Origin: Propionibacteriaceae bacterium
GTDB lineage: Bacteria; Actinomycetota; Actinomycetes; Propionibacteriales; Propionibacteriaceae
NCBI GenBank assembly: GCA_031254155.1
Contig: JAIRVA010000011.1
Coordinates: forward strand, 1 to 39,841
Direction of reading: 5' to 3'
DNA length: 39,841 nt
Below the pieces are notes generated by a model. The model searched no databases. It had not been told where the DNA came from and was given only the letters and a program-made list of their open reading frames with translations. The position numbers were made by a program, and so were the translations under genes. Numbering within the stretch: position 1 is the stretch's first letter; each line of letters starts with the position of its first letter. Shown here one piece after another: positions 8,429 to 16,617 of the stretch.

Positions 8429-9346
8429 ATGAGTGACTTGAAGCTCTTCCGGGTCAGCGGGGACAAGGTGGTGTCGCTGCCTGGGGGTGGGGTCGCCTTG
8501 GAGAAGTCTCTCCAGGTCTTGATCGAGAGGAACATGGAGACCATGTTCGGGGTGCGGTTTCTCGTCTCCGAGCATTCCACAGGCGTGAAACACGGCGGGC
8601 GGATTGATTCGCTGGGCATCGACGAGAACAACTCGCCTGTCATCTTCGAGTACAAGCGCGCCACCAACGAGAACGTCATCAACCAAGGATTGTTCTACCT
8701 CGACTGGCTGGTGGACCACAAAGCAGAGTTCCAACTTCTGGTGCTGAAGCACTTTGGCCAGTCGGTGGCTGACGCCATCGAGTGGTCGACGCCCCGCCTG
8801 ACCTGTGTGGCAGGCGACTTCACGAAGTACGATGTCCACGCGGTGTCCCAGATGGGCCGAGCCATTGAACTGGTCAAGTACACACGTTTTGGCGACGATC
8901 TGATCGCCCTTGATCTGATTGCGTCGACTCGTGCTTCCGCTGGGGTGGGAGAGATGTCCGTACCTAAACCGAACGGTGGCAAGGCCAAGGAGAGGACCGT
9001 CACCAGCTTGCTGGACCAGGCTCCCGTGACCCTGGGCGACCTGTACGCCGAGTTGGAGGCGTTCATCGTCGCTCTCGGCGATGACGTGACGAAGAACACG
9101 CTCAAGTTTTACTTTGCCTTCCGGCGCTTGAAGAACTTCGCTTGTGTGGAAGTACATCCGCAGACGAAGAACCTGCTGGTGTACCTCAAAGTCGTCCCGG
9201 ACACGGTCGAGTTGGTCGAGGGCTTCAGCCGCGACGTGCGCAACGTCGGCCACTTCGGTACGGGCGACCTGGAGCTTCGCATCACCAGTCCCGCTGATCT
9301 GGCCAAGGCGCAACCACTGATCCAGATGAGCTACGAAAACAACTAG
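8429..9346 (+). CDS. NucS/DUF91-like PD-(D/E)xK endonuclease-domain protein with an additional C-terminal domain (DUF5655-like)
   Basis: AGGAGGG lies 8 nt upstream of the ATG. The motif GGRID60SLGIDENNSPVIFE74YK76R...QGLFYLDW fits the D...ExK...Q..Y layout of NucS-type nucleases. The C-terminal ~120 aa (TKNTLKFYFAFRRLKNFACVEVHPQTKNLLVYLKV...) matches my recollection of DUF5655. G+C is lower than in neighbouring genes. Confidence 0.7.
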   Translation: MSDLKLFRVSGDKVVSLPGGGVALEKSLQVLIERNMETMFGVRFLVSEHSTGVKHGGRIDSLGIDENNSPVIFEYKRATNENVINQGLFYLDWLVDHKAEFQLLVLKHFGQSVADAIEWSTPRLTCVAGDFTKYDVHAVSQMGRAIELVKYTRFGDDLIALDLIASTRASAGVGEMSVPKPNGGKAKERTVTSLLDQAPVTLGDLYAELEAFIVALGDDVTKNTLKFYFAFRRLKNFACVEVHPQTKNLLVYLKVVPDTVELVEGFSRDVRNVGHFGTGDLELRITSPADLAKAQPLIQMSYENN

Positions 9347-9351
9347 CCCGC

Positions 9352-10290
9352 TCAGGCTCCGTCGATGGCAGTTATCCAATCGTTGAGGGTCGCGACAACC
9401 TTGGCGAGAGGCAGTCTAACCTGGGCGTCGTCGCTGGCTTTGGCGTAGTCGTCCGCCCAGTGGGGGTAGGCGGTGAGGGTGGGTGGCCAGGTACGGGGCA
9501 CCCGGTTCAGAATGGTCGCTTCGGCCGCGCGAGCAGTGAAAATGTCGAGCGCGGCTGTCCGGATGTCGCCTAACGTTGGTGATCCGGTGGACTCGGTCAG
9601 GTCTTTGAGCAGAAGCAGGTCGATGGCGTCGCGGGCACGGTCGTTGACGTGCGCAGGCGGGTCGTGGGGATCGGTGGAAGCGTGCAGTTTCTGGGCGATC
9701 TGGTAGCGTATGGCCAAGCCGACGAGCGCATCCGGGTCGGGCAAGCCGAAGCCGGCCAACGCTGGAGCCGGGAACACTTCCCCGGTTTCGCCGGCGTGGC
9801 CCTCGTCCGGCGACAACTCGACCTGGATCTTTCGCCAGGTCACACCGCGCAGGGTCAGGGTGAGTTGCACGCGGCGCGGCTTAATGATCTTGGCGGGCGT
9901 GTCGATTACTTCGATGTTGCCGCGTCGGAACCCGACTGGTCCCCACGGTTCGGCGAGCACGTCGTCCAACACGTCCAGGAATGACTCGATATCGCCTCGT
10001 ACCAGGCCGTCCACGTCTTTCGTCGCCCGTGTGGGGACGGACAGACGGTGCTGCAGCATCGTACCGCCCTTGAGTAAGAAACAACTCGTCCCGTCTTCGT
10101 GGACCGCGCGCTGGAGCGCCGCCGTCACGACCGTCGACGCGACCAGCCAGCCCAGGCGTCCACCCTCGGTGCCTTCGAGGTCGCGTTCGGCGTGTAGGAT
10201 CCAGTTGTTCAGCACGTTGGCGGAGTTGGGTTCTTTCGTCTTCGGCTTGAGCGTACGCAGCTGTTCGTACAAGCGTGGTTCATTGGTCAT
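9352..10290 (-). CDS. abiEii: AbiEii/AbiGii-family nucleotidyltransferase toxin (type IV TA / abortive infection)
   Basis: FLLKGGTMLQHRLSVPTRATKDVDGLV is the KGGTaL...R.T.DiD hallmark. ATG 10290 overlaps the abiEi stop by 11 nt (ATGACCAATGA). The longer ORF-track start (10395) would lie inside abiEi. Confidence 0.9.
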   Translation of the reverse strand: MTNEPRLYEQLRTLKPKTKEPNSANVLNNWILHAERDLEGTEGGRLGWLVASTVVTAALQRAVHEDGTSCFLLKGGTMLQHRLSVPTRATKDVDGLVRGDIESFLDVLDDVLAEPWGPVGFRRGNIEVIDTPAKIIKPRRVQLTLTLRGVTWRKIQVELSPDEGHAGETGEVFPAPALAGFGLPDPDALVGLAIRYQIAQKLHASTDPHDPPAHVNDRARDAIDLLLLKDLTESTGSPTLGDIRTAALDIFTARAAEATILNRVPRTWPPTLTAYPHWADDYAKASDDAQVRLPLAKVVATLNDWITAIDGA

Positions 10291-10849
10291 AGCGGGCCTC
10301 CAGTAGCGTTGTGAGGTGGTCACGTTCGGCCGGGGGTACGAGGCCGGTACGGGCGGAGCGTTCGAGTGCTTGGCGGATGAGGTACGTGGGTACACCGGTT
10401 TCCAGGCACTGCCGGATCGCCGTCCCAGCGGTCACGATGGGGATCGATTCCCACCACGTCATCTCGGGCGGAGTGAGGTCTTCCCGGTGGATGACGTACC
10501 GAGCCGGAATCACCCGCTCGACACGGCGTTTCGCACCGACGGTGACATGGATCTTGTCGGGGTTGATGTCGCTGATGTCCCACGCGTCCAACGCTGATTC
10601 GTGGCTCAGGCACGCCTCGGGAAAACCCGTCCAGAGGACGGCTTGCATCAACGGAGCGTATGGGATCACAGGCATCTGACCGAGCCGGTACACCCCGCGA
10701 GAGACGTGATCGATCCGGCCTCGTCTAACCATCATGGCTAAGAGCGGCGGTGACACTCCCGCATCGTACGCTTGGCGGGCGGTGACAAAACCGTGTTGCT
10801 CAAGAGCGATCTCCCGCAACCGGTCCACGCTTGTCAGCGCCTCAGCCAT
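10280..10849 (-). CDS. abiEi: AbiEi-family antitoxin / transcriptional autoregulator
   Basis: The N-terminal wHTH (REIALEQHGFVTARQAYDAGVSPPLLAMMVRRGRIDHVSRGVYRL) and C-terminal domain are typical of AbiEi. It sits immediately upstream of, and overlaps, abiEii. Confidence 0.9.
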   Translation of the reverse strand: MAEALTSVDRLREIALEQHGFVTARQAYDAGVSPPLLAMMVRRGRIDHVSRGVYRLGQMPVIPYAPLMQAVLWTGFPEACLSHESALDAWDISDINPDKIHVTVGAKRRVERVIPARYVIHREDLTPPEMTWWESIPIVTAGTAIRQCLETGVPTYLIRQALERSARTGLVPPAERDHLTTLLEARYDQ

Positions 10850-10850
10850 A

Positions 10851-10881
10851 CGTAAACCCTAACATAATGTTAAGGTTTACG
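10851..10881. promoter_or_regulatory. 31-bp near-perfect palindrome abutting the abiEi start; candidate AbiEi operator overlapping a -10 element
   Basis: CGTAAACCCTAACAT-A-ATGTTAAGGTTTACG has 14 of 15 arm positions complementary and begins 2 nt upstream of ATG 10849. On the coding strand TAGGGT (TANNNT) lies 6 nt before the ATG, which suggests a leaderless transcript. Confidence 0.55.
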
Positions 10882-11094
10882 GAGTGATTCCAATCCGGTG
10901 CGGGACGCCGTATAACGGCATTCGAGCCGAACGGGCCCCATGGGCGCGTTTCTAAATGATTTAGTACTGAAGTAAGTAGGCTCCGTCGTCCCCCCGCAAT
11001 GACGGACTGTCTGACCGAGAATTCCGCTTGACACACCTACGTACGAGAGAATAGCCTTAAGGTACTTAATTCATTACTAAATGAAGGACGAAGG

Positions 11095-12327
11095 ATGCAG
11101 GACTCGGGAAGAGCTGACATGACTCGCTCCGCCGTACTGTCGTTCATCGGTGGCCACGGCCCGGTGTCGCGGGCCGACCTGGCGCGGAGCCTGGATGTGT
11201 CGCCCGCGCTGATGACGCAGACCACGAAGGAGTTGCTGCGCCAGGGCCTGATCACTGAGATGGCACTGTCGCCGTCGCGCGGTGGCAGACCAGCCAGGCT
11301 GCTGGGGCTGGCCGTGGACGCGGGGACGGCGGTCGGTGTCAAGGTCGTGGTCGATCACATCACCGCAGTGGAGTGCGGAATCGACGGAACCGTTCTGAGG
11401 GCAGCCACGGAACCGTTCGACGCGGCTTCCCCCGCGGCGCTGGACGCGCTGGTGGCGTTGTTGCGGACGTTCATGGCCGGTTCGTCCAGCCGCCGGATCC
11501 TGGGTATGGGTGTGGCGACGCCGGGCAACGTGGACGCACAATCGGTGGGGACGGTCGAGTCCACCCAGATGGGTTGGTCTGGGGTTCCGCTGGGCGCGCG
11601 GCTGCGCGCCGAGTTCGACCTGCCCGTCCTGGTTGACAACAACGTCAACGCCCTGGCCATCGCGGAGACGTTGTACGGACAGGCGAAGGGTCACGAGAAT
11701 GCGCTCGTGGTGACCATCGGCACCGGCATCGGCGCGGGGATCATCGCCGATGGCGTGGTGTTGCGCGGCCACGCCGGGATCGCGGGCGAGATCGGGCATC
11801 TGCCGACGGTTGAGGGCGGCCCGCTGTGCCAATGCGGCGCCCGCGGCTGTCTGGAAGCGGTCATCGGGCAGCAAGCGCTGGTCGGAGAGGCCCGCCAACG
11901 GGGCATTCTCACGTCCGGAGAGGCCATTGGCGTCCTCGGGGACCGAGCCGATAGCGGCGATCAGCGGGCGCAGGAAGTGTACGAGCAGGCAGGCCACCTC
12001 CTGGGCCGGGCCCTGGCCGGGGTCGTGAACCTTCTCGACCCGGAGGTCGTCATCGTCTCGGGCGAAGGTGTGGAGTCGTGGCGGCACTGGATGTTCGGCT
12101 TCGAGCCGGCGTTCCGCGCCTGTCTGATCCCGGCCAAACGGGGTGTCCCCGTCACGGTCGAGGCGTGGGCGGATGACCGCTGGGCGCAAGGCGCGGCCTG
12201 CCTCGTGCTCGGTACCCCGTTCGACGGGCAGGGTTTGTCGGGCGAGCAGGGCGAGTGGGTACGGCAGCGTTTGGCGGAAACCACCTCTCCACCGCCGGGC
12301 GAAGCTGACAAGGCAGACCTGCGATGA
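11095..12327 (+). CDS. ROK-family transcriptional regulator
   Basis: N-terminal wHTH (SRADLARSLDVSPALMTQTTKELLRQGLI), a sugar-kinase-like fold and the ROK Cys motif CQCGARGCLEAV. GAAGGA RBS. Confidence 0.9.
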   Translation: MQDSGRADMTRSAVLSFIGGHGPVSRADLARSLDVSPALMTQTTKELLRQGLITEMALSPSRGGRPARLLGLAVDAGTAVGVKVVVDHITAVECGIDGTVLRAATEPFDAASPAALDALVALLRTFMAGSSSRRILGMGVATPGNVDAQSVGTVESTQMGWSGVPLGARLRAEFDLPVLVDNNVNALAIAETLYGQAKGHENALVVTIGTGIGAGIIADGVVLRGHAGIAGEIGHLPTVEGGPLCQCGARGCLEAVIGQQALVGEARQRGILTSGEAIGVLGDRADSGDQRAQEVYEQAGHLLGRALAGVVNLLDPEVVIVSGEGVESWRHWMFGFEPAFRACLIPAKRGVPVTVEAWADDRWAQGAACLVLGTPFDGQGLSGEQGEWVRQRLAETTSPPPGEADKADLR

Positions 12328-13241
12328 TGTCGGCGACAACGACCTCACGGGGACGATCTCGGTTCACGTGGCAGAAGGCCAAGTACGCCCTGACGGTACT
12401 GCTGTTCCTGCTGCCGAGCGCCGTACCTCTGGCGTACTTCACGATCTATCCCATGTTCGCGGCCCTGTGGACATCGCTGCACAAGTGGAACCTGCTGTCG
12501 CCGATGCAGTGGGTTGGTCTCGACAACTACGCGACGCTCTTGCAAAACCCGGAGACCTGGCGGGCGTTCGGGAACACGGTCTACTACATCGTGGGCTACC
12601 TGCCGCTGGTGTACGTCGGTGGTCTCGGCCTGGCCATCGCTCTCAACGCGGCGATCCCGTTCCGGAACTTCTTGCGCGGCATGTACTTCCTGCCAGTGGT
12701 CACAAGCTGGATCGTGGTGGCCCTGGTGTGGCGGTGGCTGCTGAACCCGTCGGTGGGCATCGTCAACTCCCTCCTCGGCCTGGTCGGCATTGACGGGCCG
12801 GGCTGGTGGACGGACCCCACGTGGGCCATGCCGTCGATCATCCTGGCGTCGGCATGGAAAGACCTCGGGTTCGTCATGATCATCCTGCTCGCCGGCTTGC
12901 AGACGGTACCGCAGGACTTGTACGAGGCCGCCCGGATCGACGGCGCGGGCTGGTGGGCCAGGCTTCGGTACGTCACCTTGCCGCTGCTTTCGCCGACGAC
13001 CTTCTTCGTGGTCGTGATCTCGCTGATCAACGGTTTCCAAGTCTTCGACCAGGTGTACGCGATGACCGGCGGCGGCCCCGCCGGAGCGTCCCAAGTCGTC
13101 GTACAGCAGGTGTACGACCTGACCTTCCGCTACTCGCAGGCGGGTATGGCGTCGGCCTTGTCCTGGCTGCTGTTCCTCCTGGTCCTGGTGGTGACCATCG
13201 TCCAGATGGTCGGGCAGAGGAAGTGGGTGAACTATGCCTGA
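12324..13241 (+). CDS. carbohydrate ABC transporter permease (MalF/BPD-type)
   Basis: Six-TM BPD permease with the EAA loop LYEAARIDGAGWWARLRYVTLP. ATGA overlap with the ROK gene stop. Confidence 0.9.
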   Translation: MMSATTTSRGRSRFTWQKAKYALTVLLFLLPSAVPLAYFTIYPMFAALWTSLHKWNLLSPMQWVGLDNYATLLQNPETWRAFGNTVYYIVGYLPLVYVGGLGLAIALNAAIPFRNFLRGMYFLPVVTSWIVVALVWRWLLNPSVGIVNSLLGLVGIDGPGWWTDPTWAMPSIILASAWKDLGFVMIILLAGLQTVPQDLYEAARIDGAGWWARLRYVTLPLLSPTTFFVVVISLINGFQVFDQVYAMTGGGPAGASQVVVQQVYDLTFRYSQAGMASALSWLLFLLVLVVTIVQMVGQRKWVNYA

Positions 13242-14097
13242 GGCGACGAACACCGCCGCGCTGGCCGTGCCCACTGCCCGCCGGAAACTGAAATCCTGGC
13301 AAATTGTTCTCGTGGTCGCAGTGGTTTGCGGGGCCTGCGTGATGTTCTTCCCGTTCCTGTGGACGTTCATCACCTCGGTCTCGCCCGGCGCGGGCCTGAC
13401 CGCCACGCCGAAGCTGATCCCCGACAACCCGTCACTGGGCGCCTACGAGTTGCTGTTCTCGAAGACGAAGTTCCCGCGCGTCATCGCCAACTCTCTGGGG
13501 CTGGCCGTGGCCACGACGCTCCTGCAGTTGCTCACCAGTTCGCTCGCCGCCTACGTCTTCTCCCGGATGCCGTTCCCTGGCCGGGGCGCGGTGTTCGCCC
13601 TCTATCTGGCCACGATGATGATCCCGATGCAGGTGCTGATGGTCCCGTTGTTCGTCCAGATGCGTGACCTCGGCCTGGTCGACTCGTACCTCGGTGTCCT
13701 GCTGCCGGGCGTGGCGTCCGCGTTCGGCGTGTTCCTGCTGCGCCAGGCGATGAACACGGTGCCCCGCGAACTGGACGAGGCCGCCCGCCTCGACGGGGCC
13801 GGGCACTTGCGAATCTTCGGCCAGATCGTGCTGCCGCTCGTCGGACCGTCCCTGGCCACGCTCACGGTCTTCTCGTTCATGTCCAGTTGGAACGCGTTCC
13901 TGTGGCCGCTCGTCATCCTGCGCTCGGAGGAACTCAAGACGCTGCCACTGGCGCTGGCCGGGATGCAGGGCCAGTACACGACGCAGTGGGATGTGATGAT
14001 GGCCGGTTCGGTCATCTCGATCCTGCCTATGCTCGCCATCTACTTGTTCGCCCAGAAGTACGTCATCCAAGGCGTAGCCAACACGGGTATCAAATAA
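13234..14097 (+). CDS. carbohydrate ABC transporter permease (MalG-type)
   Basis: EAA loop LDEAARLDGAGHLRIFGQIVLP. 8-nt overlap with the preceding permease. Confidence 0.9.
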   Translation: MPEATNTAALAVPTARRKLKSWQIVLVVAVVCGACVMFFPFLWTFITSVSPGAGLTATPKLIPDNPSLGAYELLFSKTKFPRVIANSLGLAVATTLLQLLTSSLAAYVFSRMPFPGRGAVFALYLATMMIPMQVLMVPLFVQMRDLGLVDSYLGVLLPGVASAFGVFLLRQAMNTVPRELDEAARLDGAGHLRIFGQIVLPLVGPSLATLTVFSFMSSWNAFLWPLVILRSEELKTLPLALAGMQGQYTTQWDVMMAGSVISILPMLAIYLFAQKYVIQGVANTGIK

Positions 14098-14122
14098 CCC
14101 ATTTGCAGAAAGGAAACACACC

Positions 14123-15397
14123 ATGTCACGCATGACCCAACTTGCCCGTGTCGGCCTCGTCGCCGTCCTCGGGCTGAGCCTCACCGCCTGTTCGGGGGGT
14201 GGGGAGCCGGGCGGCGGCGCCTCCTCCGGCGCTTCGGCGACGAGTACGCCGGTGACCATCACGTACTCGAACTTCATCTCCAACGGTGGCAACGAGGCGA
14301 ACCTCGCCGCGATCGTGTCCGCGTTCGAGACCGCGAATCCCGGCATCAAAGTCGAGGTGAAGACGCTGCCTTACGCGGACTACTTCACCGCGCTCCAGAC
14401 CGATGTCGCGGGCGGGACCACCGCTGACGTGTTCGACATCGAGTACGCCAACTACGCCGCGTACCAGGCCAACGGTGTCCTCGCCGCGCTGGAAGGCGTT
14501 GACACGGCGGTCTACCAGAAGAACCTGGCCGACGCCTACGCCACCGGTGGTACTCAATACGCGCTCCCCAGCTCCTTCTCGAACGTCGTCCTGTTCTACA
14601 ACAAGACCCTGTTCGACGCCGCCGGCGTCGGTTACCCGACCGCCTCGTGGACGTGGGCCGACGAGCAGGCCGCAGCGGAGAAGCTGACCGACACCGCCAA
14701 GGGCGTGTGGGGCGACTACCAGCCGATCAGCTACAACGAGTACTACAAGGTGGTCGCGCAGACGGGTGGGCAGTTCCTGTCCGCTGACGGCAAGTCGGCC
14801 GCGTTCAACAGCCCCGAGGGCATCAAGGCCGCGAAGTGGCTGGTCGACAAGTCCGGCCAGACCATGCCGACGGCCGCGCAGGGCGCGGGCACCGCTGACT
14901 TCGACTCCAACCTGTTCAAGGACGGCAAACTGGCGATGTGGCACACCGGTATCTGGATGTTCGGCGCCTACGCCAACGCCAGCTTCGACTGGGACATCGC
15001 GGTCGAGCCGGGTGACACCACCCATGCGTCGGCGATGTTCTCCAATGCGCTGGCCGTGTCGGCGAACTCGAAGAACAAGGAGGCCGCGCAGAAGTGGGCG
15101 GTGTTCATGTCGAGCTCGCAGGCCATGGTGGACACCCGCCTGAAAGCCGGCTGGGAGCTTCCGCCCATCGCCGACAAAGCGGCGCTGTCCTCGTACCTCA
15201 CCGCCGGGAAACCCGCCAACCGGCAGGCCGTGCTCGACTCGTTGGATGCCGTGGCTCTGGCCCCGTCTCTGGGTGAGAACCAAGCCGAGATGCAAGATGC
15301 CGTGAACGGACAACTGACCGAGGCCGCCGCCGGACGCAAGACGGTCGAAGACGCCGTCAAGGCCGCCGCTGACAAAGTTGACGCCCTCCTGAAGTAA
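14123..15397 (+). CDS. extracellular sugar-binding lipoprotein of the ABC transporter
   Basis: Lipobox LSLTACSGG and family-1 solute-binding features (ITYSNFISNGG..., LFYNKTLFDAAGV, MWHTGIWM). AAAGGAAAC RBS. Confidence 0.9.
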   Translation: MSRMTQLARVGLVAVLGLSLTACSGGGEPGGGASSGASATSTPVTITYSNFISNGGNEANLAAIVSAFETANPGIKVEVKTLPYADYFTALQTDVAGGTTADVFDIEYANYAAYQANGVLAALEGVDTAVYQKNLADAYATGGTQYALPSSFSNVVLFYNKTLFDAAGVGYPTASWTWADEQAAAEKLTDTAKGVWGDYQPISYNEYYKVVAQTGGQFLSADGKSAAFNSPEGIKAAKWLVDKSGQTMPTAAQGAGTADFDSNLFKDGKLAMWHTGIWMFGAYANASFDWDIAVEPGDTTHASAMFSNALAVSANSKNKEAAQKWAVFMSSSQAMVDTRLKAGWELPPIADKAALSSYLTAGKPANRQAVLDSLDAVALAPSLGENQAEMQDAVNGQLTEAAAGRKTVEDAVKAAADKVDALLK

Positions 15398-15495
15398 GAC
15401 CAGATTAGACGGTGGGGGCGACTCTCCAAGGTCGTCCCCACCACCGATACAGTCAAGGGAAGCGCCAACACCACACCGGAAGGGAACCTGGCCAC

Positions 15496-16617
15496 ATGAC
15501 CACCGCCCACCCGACGGACCTGACCGGTCTGCTCGCCCACTCCCGTACTCTGATCACCGGGTTGCAGACCGCCAGCGGCGCCTATCCGGCCAGTCCGACC
15601 TTCTCCGCCTACCGGGGCTACTGCTGGTTCCGTGATGGTTCGTTCATCGCGGACGGGGTCTCAGTGGCGGGCGACGCGGATTCGGCGACCCGGTTCTTCG
15701 ACTGGTGCGCCCGCGTGATCGCCGACAACCGGCGCCAGATCGACAAGGTCGTCACCGCCGCCGCCCACGGTTCGCCGCTGCCGGACGCCGACATGCTGCC
15801 CGCCCGGTTCACAGTCGACGGACAGCCCGGGGACGACGAGTGGTGGGACTTCCAGCTCGACGGCTATGGTACGTGGCTGTGGGCCGTCGTCGAACACGCC
15901 CGTCGGCACCGGATCGGCGTCAGCCGGTGGGCCGACGCTATCAGCGCCACCGTCGACTACCTAGTCTCATCGTGGCGGCGGCCTTGCTTCGACTGGTGGG
16001 AAGAGCACAGCGAGGCCGTCCACATCTCAACCCTCGGTTGTATCAAGGCCGGGCTCGACGCAGCCCTGGGCACGGGGCTGCTCGACGCGGCGCAAGCTGA
16101 TCGCGCCCACCGGGCCAGCCGGGACATTGCCGGCCTCATCACGACGGGGGGAGTCGCCGACGGCCATCTGACCAAGTGGATTGGCTCCCCGCAACTGGAC
16201 GGCAGCCTGTCCGCGCTGCTCGCCCCGCTGGGCGTCATCAACCCCGCCTCCGCCCTGGGGCGGGGGACCATCGCCGCTATCGACGCTCAACTCGTCGCCG
16301 ACGGCGGCGTGTACCGCTTCCGCGCCGACACCTTCTTCGGTGGCGGCCGCTGGCCGCTTCTGACCTGCTTCCTCGGCCTGGCGAAACTCGCGGCCGGCGA
16401 CCCCGACGGGGCGCGGGCCTGCCTCGACTGGGCCGCGTCCACCGCCACCTCAGGCGGTGACCTCCCCGAACAAGTCGATGGCGGGCGGCTGCTCGACCCG
16501 GCCGCCAAGCAACAATGGATCGACCGCTGGGGCACCGTGGCCACGCCGCTGCTGTGGAGCCACGCCATGCTGCTGCGCCTCGCCGCGGACCTCGGTGTGA
16601 CGGGGGTCGCCGCATGA
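15496..16617 (+). CDS. glycoside hydrolase family 15 protein (glucoamylase/trehalase-like catalytic domain)
   Basis: YRGYCWFRDGSFIADG, WWDFQLDGYGTWLWAV and LPEQVD are typical GH15 (alpha/alpha)6 motifs. ATG 15496 has GGAAGGGA upstream. The ORF-track start 15412 is an unsupported extension. Confidence 0.85.
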   Translation: MTTAHPTDLTGLLAHSRTLITGLQTASGAYPASPTFSAYRGYCWFRDGSFIADGVSVAGDADSATRFFDWCARVIADNRRQIDKVVTAAAHGSPLPDADMLPARFTVDGQPGDDEWWDFQLDGYGTWLWAVVEHARRHRIGVSRWADAISATVDYLVSSWRRPCFDWWEEHSEAVHISTLGCIKAGLDAALGTGLLDAAQADRAHRASRDIAGLITTGGVADGHLTKWIGSPQLDGSLSALLAPLGVINPASALGRGTIAAIDAQLVADGGVYRFRADTFFGGGRWPLLTCFLGLAKLAAGDPDGARACLDWAASTATSGGDLPEQVDGGRLLDPAAKQQWIDRWGTVATPLLWSHAMLLRLAADLGVTGVAA

